From positions 4,650,001 to 4,682,000 of the forward strand of contig NC_009664.2 in the NCBI RefSeq assembly GCF_000017305.1: a stretch of DNA of 32,000 nt. The letters are read 5' to 3'. Positions within the stretch are counted from its first letter, which is position 1. Each line of letters opens with the position of its first letter. A program made the translations under genes and the position numbers. This document shows positions 8,461-17,544 of the stretch, piece by piece. The notes under the pieces are model-generated. The model worked only from the letters and a program-made list of their open reading frames with translations, made no database searches and was not told where the DNA came from. The stretch is from Kineococcus radiotolerans SRS30216 = ATCC BAA-149 (lineage in GTDB: Bacteria; Actinomycetota; Actinomycetes; Actinomycetales; Kineococcaceae).

Positions 8461-8492
8461 TGCACCATGCACCTGCACCATGCACCTGCACC
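8461..8492. repeat. 13-bp tandem repeat TGCACCATGCACC x2.5 in the LuxR paralog 1 upstream region
   Basis: Units at 8461-8473 and 8474-8486, plus a partial unit. Preceded by the palindromic octamer GGTGCACC (8459-8466). Lies 113-145 bp upstream of ATG 8348. Confidence 0.85.
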
Positions 8493-8999
8493 CACGTGTC
8501 CTGCGTGCTCGGCTTGGCCGATCATAGAGGAGGGTCGGTACGTGAAGGGACGAATGCACAGAACCGCCACGCGGCCCGGCATCAATTGAGCTGATTCATC
8601 GCTGAACAACGACGACGAGATGCGGTTGTTTCCGAGTCCTGCTCACGTCAGCCGCCGCAACAATGTTTGTGCTGCACCCCGTGAGGGCGGCAGGATTTGC
8701 CACCTGGAAGCAAAATATTTCCGTCACCTGGCGTGGCTAAAACGGTAAGCCGGACAGGTTACCTCGCCACGATGATTTCGCCCGAAACAACTCGCCACCA
8801 AGCTGGGTGGGTTCAGGCCAGCTGGCTGCATGCGACGAGCGGGGCGCATCAAATTTCTCGGACCGCACCCCTCACAACACTCCCGATGCGCGTGACGTGG
8901 ATCGGCGCCTACATTGAATCGACGCGTCTGAACGCCTCATCGAATATTGAAGTCCAATACGAGCGGGTGGGTGGGCTGACTATCAGTCGGCCTTGTAGA

Positions 9000-9011
9000 C
9001 CTCAGCTGAGG
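9000..9011. promoter_or_regulatory. perfect 12-bp palindrome CCTCAGCTGAGG, candidate operator
   Basis: Read directly. About 105 bp upstream of the TetR ORF start, inside the A/T-rich divergent intergenic region. Function is inferred only. Confidence 0.3.
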
Positions 9012-9115
9012 CAGCGGAAGCTTTCTTCTATCCGAGTCATCACGCTTCGCAGAGCGACGAGTATCACGGTTAGTGCGGCTTGCTGACGACTCACTGACGG
9101 TAGCTGTCTCCATCG

Positions 9116-9853
9116 GTGCCGGGTGGGGCGGTGGGTCGTGGTTACCCTGAGCGTGTGCCGCCTCCCAGCTTTCAGCGCGCGCGGTCTGCGCTGCGCAAGC
9201 AGCAGCGTGCTACGGATCTGCTGGAAGCGGCCCGGGCCTTGGCGTGTGAGCAGAGCCTGCGCACTCTCACTCTGACCGCCATCGCCGCTCGTGCCGGTGT
9301 CCACGTCTCGGGTGTTCGTCGCTACTTCGCCTCCCGTGAAGACATCCTCTTGACCTTGGCCGGGCAGGAGTGGCGCGTCTGGGGTGCGGAGGTCACCGCT
9401 GCCGTCTTGGGTGCCCAGGCGCCGATCAGTGCGCACGATCTTGGTCGCATCCTGGCTTCTGCTTTCGTCCAGCACCCTCTCTTCTGCGATCTGATGGGTC
9501 ATGTCCCGCTCAGCTTGGAGCCGGAGGCGGCGCCGGACTGTGTTCGCACCTATGAGCTGATCCGGGCCGGTGCGCTGGGTGAGGTCGCCGACGCCGTCGC
9601 AGCGCAAGTGCCTTCGCTGGACCGTCCGCGAGCCGCTGAGCTTCTGGCGACCGCTGTGGTGCTCGCCGGCCCGTTGTGGCACCAGACGACTCAGCCGACG
9701 TCTACCCCTAAGGCGGGGGATGCCTCGGGGGATGCCTCGGGGGATGCCCTGGGAGACGGCTTGGCGGGGGGTGTGGAGGATGGCTTCACTGAACGCCTCA
9801 GCCGGGTGCTGGATGCGCTCGTCCGCGGCTTGAGCACCCCCTCCGCGATCTGA
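9116..9853 (+). CDS. TetR family transcriptional regulator
   Basis: N-terminal TetR-type HTH (LTLTAIAARAGVHVSGVRRYFASREDIL). Start uncertain (GTG 9116 or a downstream GTG). Carries an in-frame 12-bp tandem repeat (GDASGDASGDALGDG, 9715-9762). Confidence 0.85.
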   Translation: MPGGAVGRGYPERVPPPSFQRARSALRKQQRATDLLEAARALACEQSLRTLTLTAIAARAGVHVSGVRRYFASREDILLTLAGQEWRVWGAEVTAAVLGAQAPISAHDLGRILASAFVQHPLFCDLMGHVPLSLEPEAAPDCVRTYELIRAGALGEVADAVAAQVPSLDRPRAAELLATAVVLAGPLWHQTTQPTSTPKAGDASGDASGDALGDGLAGGVEDGFTERLSRVLDALVRGLSTPSAI

Positions 9854-10021
9854 GCGCACCCGGGGTCTCCTCGCTGGGGGCCTGCAGTCGATGAACGGTG
9901 CGTGGTGCACCACGGTGCCCGCTGGGTGGCGGGTGGAGCTGTCGCTGGCTGTCGTCGGTGGCTGCTGTCCACTGCTTGGTGGGCGCCAGGATTGGGCGCC
10001 AGAACTCGGTGCCAGGACAGG

Positions 10022-10044
10022 ACAACGCAAGGTCGTTGCGTTGT
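10022..10044 (+). other. stem-loop between the TetR gene and LuxR paralog 2 (terminator or attenuator candidate)
   Basis: ACAACGCAA (10022-10030), loop ggtcg, TTGCGTTGT (10036-10044), followed by the T-rich tgctgttgcc. Confidence 0.35.
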
Positions 10045-10186
10045 TGCTGTTGCCGTGGCACCCTAGGCACGGCCCGCGCCGGCGCGTGGCTTCGCCGAGC
10101 ACGAGTGGCGTGGAGTCGGCGTGTTGCCGAGACGCCCACGCGACCCACCCCTGGCCCGGCGATGGTTGAGGGGGAAGGGGCTAAGC

Positions 10187-12988
10187 GTGATCGGGCGCGA
10201 GCCGGAACTGGCTGAGCTGCAGAAGCTGCTCGAGTCGGTCACGGCCTCCGGTGTCGGCAAGGTCGCAGTGGTCGAGGGCGAAGCCGGCATCGGCAAGACG
10301 GCCCTGGTCACCGCCTTCGCCCAGACCGCCACCGCAGCGGGGGTCCGCCGGCTGCGCTGCGCGGGCTTCCAGCGTGAGGCGCTGGCTGGGTTCGCGGCCC
10401 TGCACGAGCTCCTGCACCCGGTGCTGGATCAGGCTGAGACCTTGCCTCCTCGCCAGCGTGCGGCCCTGCTGACCGCTTTCGGCTTGCAGGAGGGTCCGGC
10501 ACCGGACCGGCTGCTCATCAGCCTGGCCGTGCTGGGCCTGCTGGAGGAGGTCGCGGCCAGCCAGCCGCTGCTGCTGCTCATCGAGGACGCGCCGTGGCTG
10601 GACCCCTCCAGTGCGGAGGTCCTCGGCTTCCTGGCTCGCCGCCTGGAGGGGGCACCGATCCTGCTGGTGGCCACCGTCCGCACCGCTGGCAGTGACAGCG
10701 CTCCCGCTGAACGAGGCAGCGAGGTCCTGCAGTCCTCCGCCGCGGCCCGGATCCAACTGTCCGCACTGTCCCACGAACACTCCGAGCAACTCCTCGACAC
10801 CGTCGCCGCCTCCGGCGATCTGGCGGCGGCGATGCGTCGGCGCGTGCTGCAGGAGGCCGGCGGCAACCCCCTGGCCCTGCGGGAGTTCACCAGTGCCCTG
10901 CGCGCTCGCGGTCTCGGCGAGCAGCCCCCGACCAGCGCGCCGCTGCCCACCACCCGCCGCCTGGAAGCGGCGTTCCTTTCCGAGGTCGCGGACCTGCCGC
11001 AGAACAGCCGCACCCTGCTGCTGCTGGCCGCCGCCGGCGAGGAAGCCTCCCTGCCGCAGCTGCTCACCGCCGGGCACGTCCTGGGCCTGAGCCCTCAGGA
11101 CCTGGTGGCCCTGGAACGCGCTGACCTGGTCACCGTGATCGGTGACCGGCTCCAGCTGCGTCACCCCCTGCTGCGCTCGGCCGTCTACGGCGCCGCGTCG
11201 GTCATCGAGCGCGCCGCGGCCCACCGGGTCCTGGCCACCGCGGTCACCGACAGCGCACGCGCTGCCTGGCACCGCTCAGCGGCCACCTTCGGGCGCGATG
11301 AGTCCGTCGCGGCGGCGCTGGAGTCCTCCGCCGACCACGCTGCTGAGCGCGGTGCCCGAGCCGAAGCCGCCGCTGCTCTGCGCCGGGCCGCCGAGCTGTC
11401 CCCCGACCCCGACGAGCAGGTCCGGCGCCTGATCCAGGCCGCGGAACTGGCCCGTCAGGCGGGTCTGGTCGAGACCGTCGAGCAGACCATCCAGCTGGCT
11501 GAGCCGCTGGCCGTGACCCCCCAGCGTCGCTACGAGCTCTCGCAGGTGCGCGGGATCCTGGGCACCTACATCGGCAAGGACAACGACAACACCGCCGACC
11601 AGTTCGCCTTCGCCCACGCGCTCGCCGGCGCCTCAGGGACAGACCTGCCCCAGGTGCGGGCCCGCGTCCTGACCGCAGCGGCTTTCGGCGTCATCAACCG
11701 CACCACCGGCGACATCGCCCAGGACGCGGCGAAGCGCCGCGAGGTCTACGACGCGCTGGCCGCGATCGACCTCGGCGGCTGGGACGACTACCAGCAGCTG
11801 GGGCTCGCCGCCCTGGACCCCCTGGGCCGGGCGCAGGTGATGCGACCGGTCCTGCCCGACCTCGCCCGGTCCCTGGGCGACAACCTACCGCTGCTGCTCG
11901 GGGTGGGGCAGGTCGCGGAGCACCTGCACGACCTGACGACCGCGCGCTTCGCGTGGGCGACGACGGCGGAGGAGTTCAACCGCAGCGGCACCTCAGGAGA
12001 CGTCGGCCAGTCACTGGCCTTGCTGGCCAACCTGCGCCTCATCGCCGGTCAGGTCGGCGAGGCACGCGCCGACGGGGAGAACGCCCGTCGCATGGCCCTG
12101 GACCTGGGGCTGCCGGTCGTCGCCGCCGCTGCGGAGGCGGGCTTAGCTCGTACCTACCTGTGGGCTGGGCGCCCGCAGGAAGCCGCCGCCGCGGTGCGAC
12201 GGGCCCGCCAGCACCACTCCGGCACTCAGATCGTGCAGGCCGCCGCCAACATCTCCTGGTCGGCCGGCCTCGTCGCGCTGCACGAGCGCCGCTACAGCGA
12301 CGCGCTGGCAGAAATGCGCGCCGTCGGACTGCACCGCGCCCACGCGCAGTGGGCGGTGGCGGACCTCACCGAGGCCGCGGTGCGCTGCGGGCGCGGTGAC
12401 GAGGTCGAAGAGTTCGTCGCCCAGGTCGAGCACGCCGCGGGAGTACTGCAGTCAGGTCTCCTGGCGATGCTCGTGCATCGCAGTCGCGCCCTGCTCTCCG
12501 ACGGGCCGGCGGCCGGCGATCACTTCGAGGCGGCCCTGACCGCGGGCGAGGGCAGCGGCGCCCCGCTGGAGGTGGCCCGCACCCACCTGCTGTACGGGCA
12601 GTGGTTGCGTCGAACCCGCCGCGTCCTGGAGGCACGCAGGCACCTCGGTGACGCCTTGCGTCAGTTCGAAGCTACCGGTGGGAGCTCCAGTTCCCTCGCC
12701 GTTCGCGCTACGGCTGAGCTGCGTGCCGCCGGCAGCGCGCCCTCCCAGCGCGTCGAAGCCCCCACCACGTGGATGCTGACGGCGCAGGAACTGCAGATCG
12801 CTCAGCTGGCCGCGGAAGGTCTGACGAACAAGGAGATCGCCGACCGTCTGTACCTCTCCCACCGCACCGTCTCCTCCCACCTGTACCGGGTCTTCCCCAA
12901 GCTGGGCATCGCCCACCGACATCAACTGCGCGACGCGTTGAGCTACGCCCACGACCAAGAGAACCGGACTTCGGCATCAGGTGTCTGA
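10187..12988 (+). CDS. LAL-type LuxR family regulator, paralog 2
   Basis: GTG 10187 preceded by GAGGGGGAAGGGG. VIGREPEL start aligns with the paralogs. Walker A GEAGIGKT, LLLLIEDAPWLD, GGNPLAL. C-terminal HTH LTAQELQIAQLAAEGLTNKEIADRLYLSHRTVSSHLYRVFPKLGI. Confidence 0.9.
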   Translation: MIGREPELAELQKLLESVTASGVGKVAVVEGEAGIGKTALVTAFAQTATAAGVRRLRCAGFQREALAGFAALHELLHPVLDQAETLPPRQRAALLTAFGLQEGPAPDRLLISLAVLGLLEEVAASQPLLLLIEDAPWLDPSSAEVLGFLARRLEGAPILLVATVRTAGSDSAPAERGSEVLQSSAAARIQLSALSHEHSEQLLDTVAASGDLAAAMRRRVLQEAGGNPLALREFTSALRARGLGEQPPTSAPLPTTRRLEAAFLSEVADLPQNSRTLLLLAAAGEEASLPQLLTAGHVLGLSPQDLVALERADLVTVIGDRLQLRHPLLRSAVYGAASVIERAAAHRVLATAVTDSARAAWHRSAATFGRDESVAAALESSADHAAERGARAEAAAALRRAAELSPDPDEQVRRLIQAAELARQAGLVETVEQTIQLAEPLAVTPQRRYELSQVRGILGTYIGKDNDNTADQFAFAHALAGASGTDLPQVRARVLTAAAFGVINRTTGDIAQDAAKRREVYDALAAIDLGGWDDYQQLGLAALDPLGRAQVMRPVLPDLARSLGDNLPLLLGVGQVAEHLHDLTTARFAWATTAEEFNRSGTSGDVGQSLALLANLRLIAGQVGEARADGENARRMALDLGLPVVAAAAEAGLARTYLWAGRPQEAAAAVRRARQHHSGTQIVQAAANISWSAGLVALHERRYSDALAEMRAVGLHRAHAQWAVADLTEAAVRCGRGDEVEEFVAQVEHAAGVLQSGLLAMLVHRSRALLSDGPAAGDHFEAALTAGEGSGAPLEVARTHLLYGQWLRRTRRVLEARRHLGDALRQFEATGGSSSSLAVRATAELRAAGSAPSQRVEAPTTWMLTAQELQIAQLAAEGLTNKEIADRLYLSHRTVSSHLYRVFPKLGIAHRHQLRDALSYAHDQENRTSASGV

Positions 12989-13197
12989 GACCAATGCTCG
13001 AGGAAGGCTCCCGGCCAGTCCTCCGCCGAGGTGCTCCTCAAGCGGGGGGAACCACCACGAAACGGCCCCGCGCCCACGGCGTCACCGCTCTCTGCCCGCC
13101 TGCCCGCGTGACTGCCGGTCCAACAGCACATTTCGCGGCACGCCGCACCCCGCTGCGAAGAAGTGCTTCAGCAGGGTCGTGACGTGCTGGTCGATGC

Positions 13198-14568
13198 TCA
13201 ATCCACGCTCAGCGCAGGCGCCAGGTCCCGCCGCAGCGCCAGCAGCGTGGTAGGAACCGTCGCCGCCAGCAGCAGCAGCAGTCCCGCGCCCGCGGTCGCA
13301 GCGACCGCACCTGCACCGAACGCCGGCGTCGTGAACCCTCCCGCGTCCGCCGTGGCCCACGCCGCGACTCCCGCGGTGACGATGACGGCCACTAGACCCA
13401 GCACCGTCGCCGTGACCGCGTAGATCACCGACTCCCACACTGCACCCAGCAGGACCACGCCGTGGCTCCCGCCGGCGGCCCGCACCAGCGCTGATTCGCG
13501 ATCGCGCACCCGCCCGGACATGAACACCGTCGCCGCCGCACCGATCGCCGCTAGCAACAACGGGCCGCCGATGAGCAGCACCGCCGTCTGCAGCGGCGGC
13601 GCCGGCGGTTCCTGGCCCGTCTGCACCGCCACCGCCGCGCGCACGGTGTTCGTGGCCGCGTACAGGCCACCGGAGAAGGCCACGGCCATCACCAGCGGGC
13701 TGGTCGTGGCGCTGGTGCGGGCGGTCCCGTGCGCGGCTGCGTGGGCGGCCAGGAACCACGACGCCGAGACGTGCGAGGGCACCAGGGCGGTCCAGGTACG
13801 GAGGAAAGGCGCATAGATCAGTGGACTCAAGGTGATCACCACGCCCGCCACCAAGGGCCCCACCAGCATCAGCGGCACCTGCACCTGCTCCAGGGGGGTG
13901 TCACGGACGCTGATCACCAGCAGCACCACGAGCGCGGCGAGGACGACGGCGCCGACCCGGCGGCGCCGGCTCATGGGTGCCAGCGGTGGATCGGCCTCAC
14001 GGACCAGCGCCATCCCGCTCGTGCGCGAGGCGGCCCGGGCAGCACGCCGCCCCCCGAGGGTGACGACGAGGGTGACAACAGCGACGACAGTTGCCGCGGC
14101 GGGTGCTCCGAACCTCAAGGGCAACCCCTGCAGACCGCTCGATCCCACCAGCACCCAACGGCAGAACGGCAGCACCAGGGGCGCGGCGAGCACAGTGCCG
14201 ATCAGCGCGCCGGTCAAGGCCACCAGCAGCAGCTGGGTCAGCACGATCACACGCATCTGGCGGGGGTTCATGCCGATCAGCTGCCACAAGGCGTGGGAGC
14301 GCTGCTGGGAGCTGATTGTCAACTGCGCGATCGAGGAGAGCACCACCAGAGTGGCGACCGCGGTGAAGAAGACGACCACCCCGGCGATGGGGTACAACGC
14401 CACCGCCGCCATCGCGTCGCTCTCCGCAGCCGTTTGCAGCAGGCACGCCGCAACAGCACCCACCGCCGCCGCGGTTCCCGCTACCACCCCCGCGCCGACC
14501 CAGGTGCGCAGATCAGCCAGCAGTTCCCCGACGACCAGCCTCGCCATCAGCCCCCGTCCCGCCGTCAC
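13198..14568 (-). CDS. ABC transporter permease, FtsX-like
   Basis: 456 aa, highly hydrophobic, with two similar multi-helix halves typical of FtsX/MacB-type permeases. Downstream of a MacB/LolD-like ATPase. Its GTG start overlaps the upstream ORF stop (GTGA at 14565-14568). Confidence 0.8.
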   Translation of the reverse strand: MTAGRGLMARLVVGELLADLRTWVGAGVVAGTAAAVGAVAACLLQTAAESDAMAAVALYPIAGVVVFFTAVATLVVLSSIAQLTISSQQRSHALWQLIGMNPRQMRVIVLTQLLLVALTGALIGTVLAAPLVLPFCRWVLVGSSGLQGLPLRFGAPAAATVVAVVTLVVTLGGRRAARAASRTSGMALVREADPPLAPMSRRRRVGAVVLAALVVLLVISVRDTPLEQVQVPLMLVGPLVAGVVITLSPLIYAPFLRTWTALVPSHVSASWFLAAHAAAHGTARTSATTSPLVMAVAFSGGLYAATNTVRAAVAVQTGQEPPAPPLQTAVLLIGGPLLLAAIGAAATVFMSGRVRDRESALVRAAGGSHGVVLLGAVWESVIYAVTATVLGLVAVIVTAGVAAWATADAGGFTTPAFGAGAVAATAGAGLLLLLAATVPTTLLALRRDLAPALSVD

Positions 14569-14873
14569 GACGTCTCCCCCTCCCCGTCCCCACCGCGGCG
14601 CTGTTCACTGCGGCGCTCCCCGTCCTCTCGACGGTCTCCAACAGAGCCATGAGTGACGCCGTCACCGCTCAGGCGCAGAGACCCCGTTTTCTCGCGGCCG
14701 GTGCTGGGAGCGGCGTCCCGACCGATGCGTGACAGGGCGCCCCGACCGGTCGTGGTCATCGCACCCGCGTCACCGTGGCGAGCGACGGCAGCCGCCACGC
14801 TCACCCAGTCGTGCGCCTCAGCGAGGAGGCGGCGCACGACCCAACGCGGCAGGGTGCCCATCGGCGTCCTCAC
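14565..14873 (-). CDS. small hypothetical protein between the ABC ATPase and permease genes (uncertain)
   Basis: 102 codons, the only minus-strand ORF in the gap. GTGA overlaps at both ends (14870-14873 with the ATPase stop, 14565-14568 with the permease start). Third-position G/C is about 75-85%. No TM segment. Charged Arg/Glu/Gly-rich tail. No family recognised. Confidence 0.4.
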   Translation of the reverse strand: MRTPMGTLPRWVVRRLLAEAHDWVSVAAAVARHGDAGAMTTTGRGALSRIGRDAAPSTGREKTGSLRLSGDGVTHGSVGDRREDGERRSEQRRGGDGEGETS

Positions 14874-15607
14874 GCGTTCACGCCGGCGCGAGTGACGGCG
14901 TCGAGGACCTGCGCTGCGCTGGCATCGCGCAGTTCGCTGTGCACCGAGCCGTCCCGCAGCACCAGCACCCGGTCAGCCAGGGCCGCCGCCTCCAGGTCGT
15001 GGGTCACCATGACCACCGACCGCTGCCCGGAGGCGGCCCGGCGAAGCAGGGCCAGCACCTGCGCCCCGGCGGTGGTGTCCAGGGCGCCGGTGGGCTCGTC
15101 GGCGAAGACGATGTCGCGTTCCACCGCCAGGGCCCGAGCGATGGCAACGCGCTGCTGCTGCCCACCGGAGAGGGCGGCCGGCTTGAAGCGCGCACGTTCG
15201 GTCAGACCGACGTGGGCCAGGGCCCGGTCGACCTCGTCCTCACGCACGCGCCGGCGCGCCAACCGCGCCGGCAACGCCACGTTGTCCCAGGCGGTCAGGG
15301 AGGAGATGAGGTTGTAGGACTGGAAGACGAACCCGACGTGCTCACGCCGCAGCCGGGCCAGCGACCTGCCGCTCAAGCCGGCCAAGGCGGTGCCGGCGAT
15401 CTGCACCGAACCGGAGGTCGGCGACTCCAAGCCGGAGAGACAGTGAAGCAGCGTGGACTTCCCCGAGCCGCTGGGGCCCACGACCGAGACCAGCTCACCG
15501 GGCTGCACCGACAAGCTCACCCCCCGCAACACGGGAGTGACGCCGGTACCGTCACGGTCGGGGAAGGACTTGGTGACATCGTGAGCGATCAGGGGCAGTG
15601 CCGTCAT
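14870..15607 (-). CDS. ABC transporter ATP-binding protein (MacB/LolD-like)
   Basis: Walker A GPSGSGKST, signature LSGGQQQRVAIARAL, Walker B IVFADEPTGALD, H-loop VTHD. GGAG upstream of ATG 15607. Confidence 0.92.
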   Translation of the reverse strand: MTALPLIAHDVTKSFPDRDGTGVTPVLRGVSLSVQPGELVSVVGPSGSGKSTLLHCLSGLESPTSGSVQIAGTALAGLSGRSLARLRREHVGFVFQSYNLISSLTAWDNVALPARLARRRVREDEVDRALAHVGLTERARFKPAALSGGQQQRVAIARALAVERDIVFADEPTGALDTTAGAQVLALLRRAASGQRSVVMVTHDLEAAALADRVLVLRDGSVHSELRDASAAQVLDAVTRAGVNA

Positions 15608-15671
15608 GAGGGGCTCCAGGTCCGGGGTGGGCGGCGCGAGGCCCGGCTGAGACCCGCGCCGCGAAGGAAGG

Positions 15672-16370
15672 TCAGGCGGGTGTGGCCGCGGTCAGGCGCT
15701 GCAGCAGCCGGGAGACCTCCAACGGCATGTCCCCGGGCTTGCGGGAGGTGATGAACTGCCCGTCCTCCACCAGGGCCTGGTCCAGGTAGGTCCCACCGGC
15801 GGCGGTGATCTCCGGCGCCACCTCGTGCCAGGACGTCATGGACCGCCCGGCGACCAGACCGGCGTCGACGAGCACCTGAGGGCCGTGGCAGACCGCGCCG
15901 ATGGTGGTTCCCCACCCGGCCACGGCCTGCACGAAGGCGATAGCCCGCGGGTCGCGGCGCAGCTCTCCCGGAGCCAACCCGCCGGGGATGAACAGCAGGT
16001 CGTAGTCCCTGGGATCGACCTGGTCCAAGGCGATGGTCTCCTTCAAGCCCATGCCCTTGTAGCCGGTCAGCGCTCCACCGGAGGGGGTGATGACATCGAC
16101 GGCGTAGCCCTCTTCCACGAAGCGGTAGTAGGGGTAGAAGAACTCCACGTCCTCGACGCGATCAGCGGTGAGGATGGCGACGCGGCCGCGGGTGGCAACG
16201 TCGGGTCCAATGGCGACCCGGTTGTCACGGGCGGCGAGTTCCTCGGCGCTGGGCAGCACCGGAACGGGCCCCGCCGTGACGGTGGCGCCCGCGTCGCTGC
16301 CCAGGGCCGGAGTCGGGGCCGAGGCCAGGGTCGGGGCCGGGGAAGTTCGAGTGGAGGTGTTACTGGACAT
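15672..16370 (-). CDS. DJ-1/PfpI family protein (glutamine amidotransferase-like / deglycase-protease family)
   Basis: C-terminal 232 aa of the composite 468-aa ORF. ATG 16370. Nucleophile-elbow motif GAVCHGPQVL and DLLFIPGG. Ala/Pro/Thr-rich ~60-aa N-terminal extension. Confidence 0.88.
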   Translation of the reverse strand: MSSNTSTRTSPAPTLASAPTPALGSDAGATVTAGPVPVLPSAEELAARDNRVAIGPDVATRGRVAILTADRVEDVEFFYPYYRFVEEGYAVDVITPSGGALTGYKGMGLKETIALDQVDPRDYDLLFIPGGLAPGELRRDPRAIAFVQAVAGWGTTIGAVCHGPQVLVDAGLVAGRSMTSWHEVAPEITAAGGTYLDQALVEDGQFITSRKPGDMPLEVSRLLQRLTAATPA

Positions 16371-16434
16371 GTCATTCAGCTTTCTGACGTGCGGGGGAAG
16401 AGATGAAAAGTCGCAGCGGAGTCGCGGTGCACGG

Positions 16435-17460
16435 TCAGCGGTAGTTGGCCCGCAACCCGGCGGCGGTGTCGCGCTCGCCGGCAACGGCGTCGGGGGTGAA
16501 GACGGCATCGAGCTCGGCGAGGTGCTGCGGGCTGAGGTGCACTCCGGCCGCGGCGACATTGTCCTGCAGGTAGCGGCGGCGCTTGGTGCCCGCGATCGGC
16601 ACGACGCCTTGGGCCATGACCCACGCCAAGGCGATCTGGGAGGCGCTGACGTGCAGGCGCTCGCCCAGCGAGCGCACGACGTCGACCAGGCGCTCGTTGG
16701 CGGCCAGGTTCTCGGAGGAGAAGCGGGGCAGGTAGCGGCGCGCGTCGTCGGGGGCGAGGTCGTCGGGGGTGGTGATGGCCCCCGACAGCACCCCGCGCCC
16801 CAAGGGGGAGAATCCGGCGAAGCCGATGCCCAGCTCCCGGACCGTCTCCAGCACACCGTTGCGTTCGACGTCGCGGGCGAAGAGGGAGTACTCCGACTGC
16901 ACGGCGGTGAGCGGGAAGGTGGCGTGGGCGCGTCGGATGGTGTCGGGAGCGGCTTCGCAGATCCCGATGAAGCGCACTTTCCCGGCGGTGACGAGCTCAC
17001 CCATGGCCCCCACGGACTCCTCCACCGGGACCTTCGGGTCGACGCGGTGCAGGTAGTAGACGTCCACCGCCTCGACACCGAGGTGGGTCAGGGAACGTTC
17101 GATGGCGCGCCGGCAGTGCTCGGCGCTGCCGTCCTGGCCCAGCGAGGTCCCGTCGGGGGCGAAGTCGGTGCCCCACTTGGTCGCGACGGTGGCTTCGGCG
17201 CGGCGGGTGTTCAGCACCTGGGCGAGCAGCTGCTCGTTGCGGAAGGGACCGTAGGCCTCGGCGGTGTCGAAGAAGGTGACCCCGGAGTCCAGGGCCTGGT
17301 GCAGCGTGGCGAGGGACTCGGCGTCGTCACGTGGCCCGTACCAGACGCTCATCCCCATCGTGCCCAGCGCCTGGGCCGACACCCGCAGGCCCTGGGAACC
17401 GAGCGCGACCTCCTGCACCCTCGAACTCGTCTGCTGTGGTGTCTGCTGTGGCGTCTGCAT
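16435..17460 (-). CDS. aldo/keto reductase
   Basis: ATG 17460 with AAGGAGAGG upstream. AKR motifs DTAEAYG, VATKWG, YYLHRVD, GAMGELVTAGKVRFIGI. N-terminal QTPQQTPQQT arises from a 12-bp tandem repeat. Confidence 0.9.
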   Translation of the reverse strand: MQTPQQTPQQTSSRVQEVALGSQGLRVSAQALGTMGMSVWYGPRDDAESLATLHQALDSGVTFFDTAEAYGPFRNEQLLAQVLNTRRAEATVATKWGTDFAPDGTSLGQDGSAEHCRRAIERSLTHLGVEAVDVYYLHRVDPKVPVEESVGAMGELVTAGKVRFIGICEAAPDTIRRAHATFPLTAVQSEYSLFARDVERNGVLETVRELGIGFAGFSPLGRGVLSGAITTPDDLAPDDARRYLPRFSSENLAANERLVDVVRSLGERLHVSASQIALAWVMAQGVVPIAGTKRRRYLQDNVAAAGVHLSPQHLAELDAVFTPDAVAGERDTAAGLRANYR

Positions 17461-17544
17461 CGTTGTCCTCTCCTTGCCCGACCGGGGTCCTCGGTGTGGA
17501 GGGCGGCCGGTCGATCCGTCCACGTCCACCGCTGCAGCGTCGAC

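Noticed and set aside
8349-8609. Upstream extension of LuxR paralog 1 to the ORF-track start at 8609
   Set aside because: The extension has no counterpart in the two paralogs and contains the 13-bp tandem repeat. ATG 8348 has an AAGGAG and aligns with the MIGRE/VIGRE starts.
8697-9086. 129-aa ORF in the A/T-rich gap as a real gene
   Set aside because: Third-position G/C is only ~58% by my count, versus about 75-90% in the ORFs I counted by hand. No recognisable motif, and an implausible Ser/Thr/Arg-rich sequence. Kept only as part of the unexplained-region finding.
12143-12145. TTA codons (12143-12145 in LuxR paralog 2, 4586-4588 in the 130-aa ORF) as evidence of bldA-type developmental control
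   Set aside because: A TTA also occurs in an ordinary hydrolase gene (28027-28029), so TTA is not obviously rare here. The organism is unidentified, so a bldA-like regime cannot be assumed.
12989-13197. Possible small gene or terminator in the convergent gap between LuxR paralog 2 and the permease
   Set aside because: No ORF with credible composition and no clear stem-loop found by eye. Left unannotated.
16371-17078. N-terminal part of the 468-aa ORF 15672..17078
   Set aside because: Ser/Pro/Thr/Arg-rich and out of frame over the aldo/keto reductase gene. The DJ-1/PfpI homology starts after ATG 16370, so the long ORF is a read-through artefact of a stop-poor GC-rich frame.
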